Shown in pieces: positions 1-11,310 of a stretch of 64,000 nucleotides of DNA. The notes under the pieces were generated by a model, which was not told the DNA's origin, ran no database searches, and saw nothing but the letters and a program-made list of their open reading frames with translations. Positions within the stretch are counted from its first letter, which is position 1. Each line of letters begins with the position of its first letter. The DNA is from Vicugna vicugna (Eukaryota): the NCBI GenBank assembly GCA_013265495.1, contig MU058059.1, positions 2,207,502 to 2,271,501 on the forward strand, in the 5' to 3' direction. The position numbers were made by a program, and so were the translations under genes.

Positions 1-734
1 GCTTCTAACATTACAAATTGGAAAACTGAATCTTTCTTTCCATAGGAAAAAAAATAGTGGTGAAATTATTCTAGGATTTCTTCAAGTAAATTTTGAGTTA
101 AATGGGCTCTTGTGGGCTGATTTAGGTGCAGAGTCAAGATTTTTAGTTTGGTTTCAATGTGGAAATGCATTCTGAGTGGGAATGCCCTAACTTAGACATA
201 AATGTCTAGAACATAAATTACTTTTTCCCTTGGAAACTATCTGTATTTCTTTTATAATAGCCTCAGAGCCTAGCCAAAAACTATACTCAGAACAGGAGTC
301 TAGTAAATACCTGTTGGAAAAAGAATAAATATATGTAGGTGATCAATTGTGAATTCACTGGTAAGAAGAATAATGATTTGTGTGCTGGATGGGAAATGCT
401 CACACTCTTTCAAGTAATAATTGTGAGGAATCACAAACACAAAATAGCTACTACACACTAAAAATAATAGTAAGTCTGATCACAACAGAGCAGAGATGGT
501 GGTTCCATCCATCTCTTGGAAGTCGTAGATGGGACAAAACTTTTGACATAAACCCACAAAGTGAAAGGAAGGATTCAAAGGACCTTGGAAGTGAAACAGA
601 CTTGTGACTACACAGCTCTTTTGAAAAGTATGTAACAATTCCCACTGCTAAATCACATTTGATTCACTTATTCATTAATTCATTTCTATTTGTGTACTTA
701 AGTATTTCCATTTATTTATTTGGCCAATGTAGTA

Positions 735-1236
735 ATTTTCTACTGCTACAATAAACAGTAACAGATTTAGCAGCTTACATCAATGCCAACGTATGATTTC
801 ACAGTTATGCAGCTTAGAAATACAGGTGAAATGAAGGCATCAACCAGTTGGGCTCTTATCTGGAGGCTCTGAAAAAGTCCACTTGTAAGCCCACTAGAGT
901 TGTTTGTAGAATCCAGTTCCTTACAGATATAGAACAAGGTCCTCATTTCCTTTCTGACTGCCAGCCGGGGGCTGCCCTTAGATCCTAGATGCCCCTCTTC
1001 AGTCCTCACATGTGAGCCTCTATATATAAATCAACAAAAGGGCATTAATTCTTCTTACACTTGGAATCTCTCTGACTTCCTGTTACCAGAATAATTCAGA
1101 ACAGGGCCCTCTCTATCTTAAGATCCATTACCTTACTTGTATCTACAAAGTCTCTTTTACCATGGCATGTAACATGTTCACAGGATCCAGGGATCTGGAT
1201 GTGAACGTCTTTATGGGGCCATTCAGCTTACCAGAG
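735..1236 (-). mobile_element. MaLR solo LTR (MLT1D/E-like)
   Basis: Resembles recalled MLT1 antisense consensus blocks: 'tttcacagttatgcagcttagaaa', 'ctggaggctctg', 'agaatccagttcctt', ending 'ccattcagcttaccaga'. Boundaries approximate. Confidence 0.6.
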
Positions 1237-1764
1237 CCCACAATTACTATTATTGTTGCAGACCCTTTTTATTTTTAATAAATTCTGTACTCAGTGAAAA
1301 TAGCAGGGGGAAAAAAAGCTGATCATTAACCTTGTTGAAACTCTGCCAAGAAGTGATCTCTTAGTCACTTGGTTCATGAATAACCTAATTCTTTAGCCTT
1401 AAAAATAATCATTTCCTGCTCTTAACTATAAAAGTAGTTCTCCACTGGTTACTTTACAAATTATCAAAGTGTATTTTTTTATTATGGAATCATGAACAGC
1501 ATACAGAAATTACACACAAATATACAGCAAGAATTTGATCCGTGTAACTAATTTACTGCTTAATTTTCTACCATGTGGGAAAATGAGAATTCTCATTCAC
1601 TGGTGTTGAGAAGTAAATTTCTCGAGGGTGATTTGGCAACATATAGAAAAGCCCTAAAATAAGCATATTCTTTGACACATAAATTGCCCTTCTAGAAATT
1701 TCTCCTAAATACATAGTAATGGAATGAATAAAGCTTTCACTACAAAGATACTCAAAATAGCAAC

Positions 1765-2050
1765 AAAACGGAGACAGACTCTGAAAACAAACTTATGGTT
1801 ACCAGGGAGACGGGGGGCAAGGGATAAATTAGGAGTTTGAGATTTGCTGACACTAACTACTGTGTATAAAACTGATAAACAACAAGGTCCTACTGTTTAG
1901 CACAGGAAGCTATATTCAACATCTTGTTAATAACCTATAATGATAAAGAATATGAAAAACAATATATATGTGTGTATAACTGAATCACCGTGCTGTACAC
2001 CAGAAACTAACACAACATTGTAAGTCAACTATGCTTCAATAAAAAACAGA
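1765..2050 (+). mobile_element. 5'-truncated lineage-specific L1, 3' UTR end
   Basis: 'aaacaaacttatggttaccaggg...gggataaattaggagtttgagatt...aacaaggtcctactg...tgctgtacaccagaaactaacacaacattgtaagtcaactatgcttcaataaaaa'; the same tail recurs at several other places in the window, two of them attached to ORF2 C-terminal peptides. Confidence 0.85.
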
Positions 2051-2798
2051 ACAAAAAGTAATGGAATAGTGGCTTTTGGAACAAGGTGGTACCCTACCTC
2101 TTTATTTGTGGAGGCGTCCGCGGGGTCACTGGGATGAAGGGGAGTGCTCGAAGACTCTGCACCCAGGGGTGAGGAACTGCAGAAAAACAATATATATGTG
2201 TGTATAACTGAATCACCGTGCTGTACACCAGAAACTAACACAACATTGTGAATCAACTATACTTTAATTAAAAGAAGAGGAGAAAAAGGCAGCGTAACAT
2301 GATAGTGAAGGATTAATGTAATCTAAATATATAAACAAGAAAATGGTTATGTAAATTCTGCTTCTTTCATACAATGAAATAATGTTTTTTGATAAAACTT
2401 CTAGATAGGTTTGGAGGTCTGACCTCACGAGGGACCTCTGTCCCTACACCAGGGCCAAACCTGGGAGAACTAGAAAGGGCTCAGATTTTTCCAGGCCCAA
2501 TAAATGCAGGGACAGAAGAAACATCTGCATGGTGAATCCAGGCAATTTCCAGTATGGTGCAGGGAGCATAATTTCCCCTGGCGTGGGTGGGACATAATTG
2601 TGGGGAGAGACCTCAGACTGCAAGTGGCTTCCACAATTCCAGAGCAACACAGGCAACCTGCCTAAGGTTCCTGAGATGCAGCCAGTCCGGGGAGACTGTG
2701 TGGTCAGGATTCCTATGTGGACTGCGGGCTGATGCCTGGCGGGTGGTCGTGCAGGTCCGTGTAGGTCCATGCAGGCTTCCTGGATGCTTTTGCTTTTT

Positions 2799-2802
<4 letters not shown>

Positions 2803-2831
<29 letters not shown>

Positions 2832-2895
2832 GAGATTGAACCCAGGCCCTCACGCATGCTAAGCACGCTCTCTCCCACTGAGCTACACCTACCCC
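2803..2895 (-). mobile_element. Camelid tRNA-derived SINE (Vic-1-like)
   Basis: Poly-T run followed by 'gattgaacccaggccctcacgcatgctaagcacgctctctcccactgagctacacctacccc', the reverse complement of a tRNA-like head with A and B boxes. Confidence 0.85.
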
Positions 2896-3479
2896 TTCTC
2901 CCTGGAGCTGTTAGATGCAGCCCCAGGGTATGGGCAGATCGTGAACTGACTGAGATTAGTTTCTGCTCCTAGTAAACGGAGAGTTAGAAATAAAAATTAA
3001 GATGAACTATGTTTGCATTTCTTACATATCTGAGATTTCTACACACAACAGGAACAGAGAAAGACTAGAAATAGATACTCTATAATAGTAAGAGTAGCTA
3101 TCCCTCTGGGTTTATCATTTTTGAGGGATACTTTGAGATTTTTTGTAATTTCCATTTGTTAAAATAATGGAATAGGTATGAATATTAAATGTGGAAGAAA
3201 TATTATAATTCTTTATTTTCTGTTAGTCTAATAAAGACTTTAAGCATCAGACATGTGGTTCTACCCCAAACAGGTGATTCCACCCCAACTATTCTGGAAC
3301 TGTCTCCTACACCTAATCAAGCTTCTGGGGCTTATACTGTGTTAAGGTGTGTGAGTGCCCAGGGAGAAGAGGGTCCCTCTTATCAATCACTATATCTGTC
3401 CACACTGATTCCCACTGTGTCATCCATTGTCACTCACTCTGTGGTTCCTTGGGCATACATTTCCTCATCTATTTCCTTA

Positions 3480-4370
3480 TAATCCTTTTATTTCTGTAAG
3501 GACAGTGGTGATGCTGCCATTTCTTTCCTGATTTTAATACTCTGAGTCTTCTCTTTCTCTCTTTTTATTTTCTCTTAGTCTAGCCAGAGGTTTGTCAATT
3601 TTATTGATCTTTTCAAAGACCTAACTTTTGGTTTTGTTGATTTTCTCTATTGTTCTTATACACTCTATTTCATTCATTTCTGCTATAATCTTTGTTATTT
3701 TCCTTCTTGTGTTTGTTTTGTGACTTTGAATCTTAAATAGTTTTCTCTTCTTTTTCTAGTTTCTTGAGGTTGAAGCTTAGGTCATTGATTCAAGATTTCT
3801 TTTAAATATGTATATTTACAGCTAAAAATGTCCATTTAAGACTGTTTTAGCTGCATATCATCACTTTTGGATATTGTGATTTAATTTTTTATCATCTAAA
3901 ATATTTTGTAATACTCCATGTGATTTCTTCTTTAACCCATTGGCTATTGAGAAATGTATTACTTAGTTTTCACATATTTAGATTTCAAAGATTTCCTTCT
4001 GTCATTGATTTTAGATACAATTCCTTTGTAATTGGTGAACATACTTTGTGTAAGTTCAGTGTTTTTCAATTTTAGGAGGCTTGTTTTATGGCCCAATGTA
4101 TGGTCTATCCTGGAGAATGTTACAGGGGTACTTGAGAAGAACATATATTTTGCCATAGTTGGAGTGGGATGGAATGTTCTAGCAGTGTATTCTAGGTTTA
4201 GTTGACTTATTAGATTGCTTAAGTCTTTTAGTCTTTTGTTGGCCTGCTGCCTCATTGTTCTGCAGGTTATTGAAAGTGGGTAATTAACGTCCCAGCTATT
4301 ATTGTTGAGTTGTCTGTTTCTTTCCTCAATTATATCAGTTTTTGCCTTATGTATTTTGGGTCTCTTTATA
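3480..4370 (-). mobile_element. L1 ORF2 fragment (endonuclease region), degenerate
   Basis: ORF 3959..4411(-) contains 'RTFHPTPTMAKYMFFSSTPVTFSRIDHTLGHKTSL', matching the L1 endonuclease motif YTFFSSxHGTFSRIDHxLGHK; flanking T-rich antisense L1 sequence. Confidence 0.9.
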
Positions 4371-4372
4371 TA

Positions 4373-4574
4373 AAGTTGACCCTTGAACAATGTGGGAGTT
4401 AGCGGCACCAAATCCCCACACAGTCAAAAATCTGCCTGTAACTTTACTGCCTCTGCATCTGACGTTCTGCATCTGTGTATTCAACCAACTGTGGATCATG
4501 TAGTATTTATGGAAAAAGATCTGCTTATAAATGGACCTCTGCATTTCAAACCTGTGTTGTTCAAGGGTTAACTG
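4373..4574 (-). mobile_element. Tigger2-family non-autonomous DNA transposon (TcMar)
   Basis: Terminal inverted repeats 'agttgacccttgaacaa' and 'ttgttcaagggttaactg', flanked by TA on both sides; inserted at the end of the L1 fragment. Confidence 0.85.
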
Positions 4575-4957
4575 TATTTATAATTAATACTACATATATA
4601 GAATTATATATATAATTTTTGTATCTTTCTCCTAGATTGACCCTGAGCTGCTCACAAGACACACATTTTAGGTTCAAAGTCACAAACTGAGTTTTAATGG
4701 AGTGAAAAAAAAAAAAAAAAAAAAAAGTCACCAAAAGAGAGAAGAAGAAGACCTCTGCATTTCAAACCTGTGTTGTTCAAGGGTTAACTGTATTTATAAT
4801 TAATACTACATATATAGAATTATATATATAATTTTTGTATCTTTCTCCTAGATTGACCCTGAGCTGCTCACAAGACACACATTTTAGGTTCAAAGTCACA
4901 AACTGAGTTTTAATGGAGTGAAAAAAAAAAAAAGAAAGAAAAGTCACCAAAAGAGAG
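4534..4957 (+). repeat. 208-nt near-perfect tandem duplication (4534-4741 and 4750-4957)
   Basis: The copies read identically except for two A>G changes in a 22-nt A tract; 8-nt linker AAGAAGAA. Confidence 0.95.
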
Positions 4958-7794
4958 CTGCAGTGTTTGTGTCTGTGCTAAGAGCAGACAGAATAGTAAC
5001 AGAATAGCTGTTACTTGAGGCAAAGCAGTTCATTTCATCATGATAACAGAGTGAAGGAGGCGGGAGATTTGAGGTCTTCCCATTACACATGCTTGGAACA
5101 GGCCTTAAAATGTTCTTGTCCTAAAGAAGACATCATTGTGCAGCTGGGAGCACATGCATGCATTCTAGATGCTGCTCCCAGAAAGAAGCAAAGACCCCCT
5201 CTTGAGTCCATCCCATGACTATGAGCTATTTCTGTAATAAAGACTGACCTAAAATTGCAAAAGATGACTTAACTGTGAAAGTGTGTCTTTTCTAGATGTC
5301 GTAGGGCTTAATCTCTTTTAATGTTTGCACTGAATAGAAGCTTCTCTTTGGATCCATGCCACACTGGGGATTTTCCTCTGTGCAGCGGTGAACTCTTATT
5401 TCATACACCAGGTCTGCTGGTTTGCAGCTCTGACAGAGTGAAAAGGAATACATTCTGAGTTAGGGTGTGAAGGTTGTAAGAACAATTAATTCCAAGAAGG
5501 GCCAGAGTGGGTTAAAAATTCTGTGCTGTTCTCTGCAAGCCTGGGTCTTTTAGTTTTGATTAAAAAGATCACAGAGAAGGAATTACTGAGATCCCTTCCT
5601 AAGGGGCTTTCTGGCTTAGAGTCCACACTGATAAAACAGAAAGATTAACTGTACTCCATTTCCGGTGTGTGCTTCAGACTCCCTTTGGGAGAATGGTGAG
5701 GTCTGGCTTAGGTTACAAAGATCACTAATTAGATTTTCCGGTGGGCACAGCTGAGAAAAAGCAATAATACGGTACACGATATATCTAATTGTGATCATTC
5801 TTTATGCAAATAATTCCATGAAAATAATGGCATAGATTGTGTACCTATCTTTAATTTCTTGGTAGAAAAATGGGATAAAACAGGAGAAAACATTTGAAAA
5901 ATACTTATACCAAGGTAGAATAAAATGGATAACCATTACATTTTGACGGCCATCAGTGCATGTAACATAAATTGTTTTTCTCATCAGGGCTAAATATAAA
6001 ATAAACCCATCACACAGTTGGAGTTTCTGTGTATGCTCAGAACCTTCTTGGTTTTGCTTGGTTATTATACATGGTGTTTGAAGACTTCAGAGCAATAGTA
6101 TATACAAATGTATTATTCTGGACTATTTTGCCTTCAAGTGACCAAGTCTGTATTATCTGCTAATTTTAATTACTGTGGATAGGTCCTTAGCTGTGCCTTG
6201 CCTGATTCTATGCCTTTAGTCATGGTCTTGGATGACACTGGATAAATTCAAAGACACCAGATATTTTCTTTTCTAAGGTCTAGAATTCCTTTACCAAGAT
6301 AAGAGGGCAATGAACAACCCAGGAGACCCCTCCATGGAAATGTCACAGTCCTAATTGGGCTGCTTCCTTGGCAACCACATGTCTGTTTCCCTCCTTCACT
6401 AGAACTGAGCTTAACCATTGGAATTGCTTTGTTCAATCCCAAGTTCCCATATTTTCCAATCATCCCCACTTTAACACAATCACTTTTTAGCCTAACGGAG
6501 TTTTGCCCTTTTAAAAAATTTGAACCGTATTTTTATTAGTCAGTTTCAGAGATGAAATAGTTATGGATATTCTGCTTTTTCACGTTCACGTTCATTGGTG
6601 AATTCCAGATACTTTTGGCTCTAGTCCGAATGTCCCTACATCCAGGATACTAGTTCCTCACCATTAAAAGGGCCCTTTTCATCTCAGTCTCAAGTTGGCT
6701 GTTAGCAATAAAGTCAGATTCTCAGAAGAGCCAAGTGAAAACATAAATTGGTGTTCCTTTAATTAATATCATTCTTGCTTCTTAGTGATGCAAGCTTTCC
6801 ATGTGGGGACTAGAATACAACCGTTTTGGGTAAAGGCTGGCACAGAGTCAGAAGGATGACGTCTTGGCTAAACAATGAATAAAATAGGTAATTGGGAAAA
6901 TGGGTACACATTTCTAAGGTAATGTCCTCCCCCCCCCAAAAATGAGTACAAACGCTTGTTAAGTAAGAGATAATTGCATTCTGCTGTATGAGTATGAAAC
7001 TTTAATTAAACAGTTTTCTGTTATTGCATGTATTTCCAGTTTTAACTTACAAAACTAACACTGCAATACATATTTATGATTGTTGTTTCTTTTAAAATGT
7101 TCTTTGTTTCTTAAAAATATTAATCAAAATTTTCATATTATGGATATGACATTTTTTAAATATAAAAATTTTAAGAAAGATGCCTAGGGAAAAAAAAATT
7201 TAAATTGCCCATAATCCCACTACTTATAGGATGTCAAGGTTTGGAGTGTCTGTTTCCAGAATTTATGGTATTCACAGGTAAAATCTTGTGATACTTAACA
7301 AGGTGTAAATTAGAAATACAAGAGATATAAAATTCCACATTAAATAGTAAGCTTCCATTATTTAGATTTTAGCAAACATTTAATTACATCTGTGAAAGTT
7401 GTTTCTGTGTATTTCATCTCTGTATCTCTTGAAGTCTCTGAAGCCCAGTAAAATCTAGTCATTTTAGGTTTATGTTTGGAATGCCAACTACCCTGAATAC
7501 AAACAGATACTCATGAAGTAATAATGCTCAGAAATCAAATGTTTATGGGGCTCTACAAATGAATTCTAAAATTTCTTGGGCTAAGATGGAGTAATACGAA
7601 TGCCCTAGAATTGTCCAGCCTGACCGTCAATTTTCCCAAATGTCCCCAGGGAACTCAGGGCTGCTGTGGCATTGTTCCCCAGGAGAGACACCAGCTCACA
7701 GGCACAGCAGCACAGGGGATAACCTGCACCCTAATTGGGGATTTCTCTTCCCCATGGATGAAACAAAGCCAGCTTTCCTACTCCCTCCAGCAAA

Positions 7795-8300
7795 ATGTAC
7801 ATAAAGGGAAATTATGCCTGACTTATCTACTGGAGTTTTTGAGAGTAAATAATGAAAGAGCTAGGGGAAAACTCATAGATCCAATTAGTTTAAACCTTCA
7901 AAATAAAAACTGACGGTTTCAAAAAAAGGCAAATAAGCCATCTCAGTTTGGGGACAGGGAATGTGATATTCCGTCCTCTCAAAGACATTTTGTTAGCATG
8001 GAAAATTAGGAATAAATAAGCAGGTATAGCTCTGCCTGGTTCAGCACTGAAACTAGTCTTATTTTAAATTTTACAAAGTTTCAAAAGAGGAGAATGCGGT
8101 GAGAAATCCAAATGTGCACTTGACATCAGCTTCTCCTGCAAATAAACTTTTTGAGCCAAATGGAAACTACATGTTCTGGACCTTTTGAAGCTGAAATGAG
8201 TCATTGAAAGCCCTTCAGTGTGGATAAGCAGAGGACATATTATAGGAATAATGATCTAACTTCTGCTTATTGATGACAGGTTCATAACAGAACATTACTG
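7795..8300 (+). mobile_element. Ancient CR1/L3-clade LINE, reverse-transcriptase relic
   Basis: ORF 7611..7913 ends 'KGKLCLTYLLEFLRVNNERARGKLIDPISLNLQ', similar to the CR1 RT motif KGKSCLTNLLEFF..V....D.G..VD..YLDFQKAFD. Right boundary approximate. Confidence 0.65.
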
Positions 8301-8324
8301 GCATCTTTGTGCTTGTACCCAGTT

Positions 8325-8485
8325 GGATGCTTTCACATATGCTTTTCAGATAATCTTCAAAAGAAATCCTGTAAAATTATATATTTTCATTTTACATATA
8401 GAGAAACTAACATCAGGAAAGTGTCTGTAACTTAGCCGGGGTCATAGATCTCATAAGAGGCAGAGCCATCCCTGAACACAGCCTG
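8325..8485 (-). mobile_element. MIR SINE
   Basis: Core 'cattttacatatagagaaactaacatcaggaaagtgtctgtaacttagccggggtcatag'. Confidence 0.6.
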
Positions 8486-8914
8486 CAAAGGTGGGTCAGA
8501 TATAATCCAGAAAGAGGTGGTGGAGTGCACTGTAGGCTTCACACTGCAGACTCAGGCACATGCTCTTGTGGTAGCAAACATAGTTAATACAACTTTTTAG
8601 ATATAATCAGAAAGTATATTAGAAAATAAATACACAATATTATCCTAGCTTTATATCACATCACATACATTTGATCTTTATGTACAACTTTTCCGAAAGG
8701 AGACAAGTCAGATCTGGAGAAAGTCCAACAATTGGCAATACAAACAAATCTGCTCTGAGCAAGAGGTATCTGTTCACCTCAGCGTATCCCCATCACAGCA
8801 GCAGAACACAGAGCAGAGTTCAAGTGTACTGATGTTGTAACAGTCTTGCATGTAAATGTTAACTTTGTCCCCTCTTCTGCCTTCTCCTTTCGAACATGAA
8901 GTGGGTATCTGCTG

Positions 8915-9825
8915 TGCGTTGCTCCTTCTCCCCAGCTGTCATCTATTTCCAGTTGTGTTTTCCTTTTGGGGGAACCTTCCCCTCCTGTATTTGGAGCTCA
9001 GTTGCCCATGATAAGCTCTGTCAGAGCCCCAAGGCTGAGAGGAACAACCTGGGCTGACTTGTCAGGGTTCAATGATTGGTTCAGGTTGGCCATATGACTC
9101 AGGGTGGTCCAGTCAGAATGAGCTGTATTGTCTGATGGAATAGGGTCCTGTGGCTGATAGAACAAACTGCCACAAACTGGGTGGCTTAAAACAACAGAAA
9201 ATTCTCTCGCAGTTCTGGAGGCCAGAGTCTGAAATCTGTTTCACTGAACCAAAATCAGAGTGCTGGCAGGGCCGTGCTCCCTCTGAAGGCTGCCAGCATC
9301 CCTAGACCCCTGGCCGGATCACTCCCATCCCTGCTCTGTGGTCACATGGCCTCCTCCTCCTCTGTGTGTGCAGTCTCCCTCTGCCTTCTCTTCTAAGGAC
9401 ACTTGATACTGTATTTGAGTTCCACCTGGAGGATCCAGGGTAATCCCCCTTCCCAAGATTCTTAACATAATCACATCTGCAAAGACCTGTTTTTTCCTTG
9501 TAAGATAATGTTTACTCGTTCTGGGGATTAGCACTTTCCATCTTTGGATGGCTGTGACTCAGCCTACTACACCTGGGCAGAATTAATGAAAGGAACCATC
9601 TCTTTTACTCTGGTATTGGGCTTTGAGTGGGTGAGCCACCAAGAGGAGAACCCCTGCCTGAGAACTGGACCAACGGGGCTTGGAGCAGAACCTGGAGGGA
9701 TAAGATCCTGATGACATCCATTCAGGATTCAGCCAGGCCCCAAACTAGGCCATCCTCTAGACGACATGTTGTTTTAGCCTTTAAATTCCCTTTTTCACTT
9801 AAGTCAGATTTTTTTTCCGTCTACT
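8915..9825 (+). mobile_element. ERVL LTR16-like solo LTR, split by an MLT1 insertion
   Basis: 'gattggttcaggttggccatatgactcagggtggtccagtcaga' before and 'cctgatgacatcc...ggattcagccaggcc...taaattccctttttcacttaagtcag' after the MLT1. Confidence 0.55.
9124..9571 (-). mobile_element. MaLR solo LTR (MLT1B/C-like)
   Basis: TG...CA ends; 'ccacaaactgggtggcttaaaacaacagaaa...cagttctggaggccagagtctgaaatc...aatcacatctgcaaagacc...cagcctactaca'. Confidence 0.85.
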
Positions 9826-10724
9826 GATAGACTCATATAAATCACATCTCCACTATAGAATACATCTTCTGGAAAAATATCTCACTTTGGGCCCATTTCA
9901 TAATCTTAGGGGACTGTACATTTTCTAGTTATACCCAGTACTTGGGGATATCCATGTGTGCATTTTATTCACATTTACATGGAGTCAAAGGTAGAATCAA
10001 GTTGTTCCTGAGAATTCCTGTTAGTTTTTTCTTTTTTCCCACTGTCCAGAGATGTTTCTTATCCCCTTCTCTCGTGATGTTTTTCTTTCCACATCACCCG
10101 ACTCCCACTCTGTTTCTCTTCCTTTCTCACTTCAAAGGTCTCCTAATTGAAATGTCTGAAGCAATTGAAATGTGGTACCTTGGTGAATTACTGTCAGACA
10201 CTGTAACCTTTGGACCAGCCAGAATCTTGCTGTGCGAGGAGACAGTGTATATTGGTGGAAGTTTGGAAAAAGGAATCATCAAAAAGTTCACATTGGTAAA
10301 GTTCTTCTAGGAAGAGAAAATAACAGAAAGGAATTAAGTTGAAAATTGGACATTATACATGGACAAGTGTAATTTTTGTTATAAAATATTCTGAGCAGAG
10401 AGACTAAAATATACATTGCAAATACAGAGTTTTGGAGTAATGTGAAACAATGGAGCTTTCAAGATTTAATTTCAAGAATGTATCTTTTAAAAAACTTCTT
10501 ACGATGTTTCTTCTAATAGGATGGGGATACCTGGGCTGAAAAGGTAGATATGTGTTGGGTACGTGACCAGCTGAAAACTAGATTGAAGTGGGTGATGACC
10601 AGTGTTTATTTAGAGGAAGATCTTTAGAAGATCTGCCAAAGGCTCTCTTTCATATGACTTTTAGAGCAGCTTCCAACTTATGCTCCAAAGAATTTTTGCT
10701 TTTCAGATTGTCCATATATATATT

Positions 10725-10812
10725 TTATTTTTATTTTTTCTCTTTTTTATTCAAGTATAGTTGATTTACAATGTTGTATTAGTTTCTGGAGTACAACATA
10801 GTGATTCAGTTT

Positions 10813-10860
<48 letters not shown>

Positions 10861-11310
10861 CATATTCTTTTTCATTTTTTTCATTACAGGTTACTACAAG
10901 CCATTGAATGTAGTGCCCCATGCTATGCAGTAGAACTTTGTTGTTTATTTTATATATAGTAGTTAATATCTGCAAATCCCAAACTCCCAATTTATCCCTC
11001 CCTCCCCTCTTCCCCCCTGGTAACCATGTTTGTTTTCTGTGTCTGGGAGTCTTTCTGGTTTGTAAATAACTTCGTTTGTGTCCTTTTTTTTTTTTGGATT
11101 CCACATATAAGTGATATCATATGATATTTTCTTTCTCTGACTGACTTGTTTAACTTAGTGTGAGAATCTCTAGGTCCATCCATGTTGCTGCCAATGGCAT
11201 TATTTTATTCTTTTTTATGGCTGAGTAGTATTCCATTGTATATGTAGGCCACATATTCTTTATCCAGTCGTCTGTGGAGTGACATTTAGTTTGCATCCAT
11301 GTCTTGGATA
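10725..11310 (-). mobile_element. 5'-truncated lineage-specific L1 (ORF2 end and 3' UTR) with internal (TA)n(CA)n microsatellite
   Basis: ORF 11150..11419(-) contains 'DDWIKNMWPTYTMEYYSAIKKNKIMPLAATWMDLE', the L1 ORF2 C-terminus; microsatellite at ~10813-10860. Confidence 0.9.

Larger units (their letters stand above)
1575..3160 (+). mobile_element. Fragmented ancient L1 (L1M/L1ME-like) 3' region, interrupted by younger insertions
   Basis: Degenerate L1-like pieces at ~1575-1763 ('gagggtgatttggcaacatat...ctttgacacataaattgcccttctagaaattt'), ~2290-2390 and ~3045-3160. Confidence 0.45.

Noticed and set aside
2444..2878. 144-aa ORF with poly-lysine, and poly-Phe ORFs near 2587-2972 and 16782-16999
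   Set aside because: Produced by SINE poly-A/T tails and the (TTTC)15 repeat.
3959..4411. 150-aa ORF as a functional endonuclease gene
   Set aside because: Chimera of Tigger2 sequence and a decayed L1 ORF2 fragment, truncated and surrounded by frameshifts.
10240..10680. Possible second L3/CR1 fragment
   Set aside because: Only a faint resemblance near 10600-10650 and no readable peptide motif; needs an HMM search.
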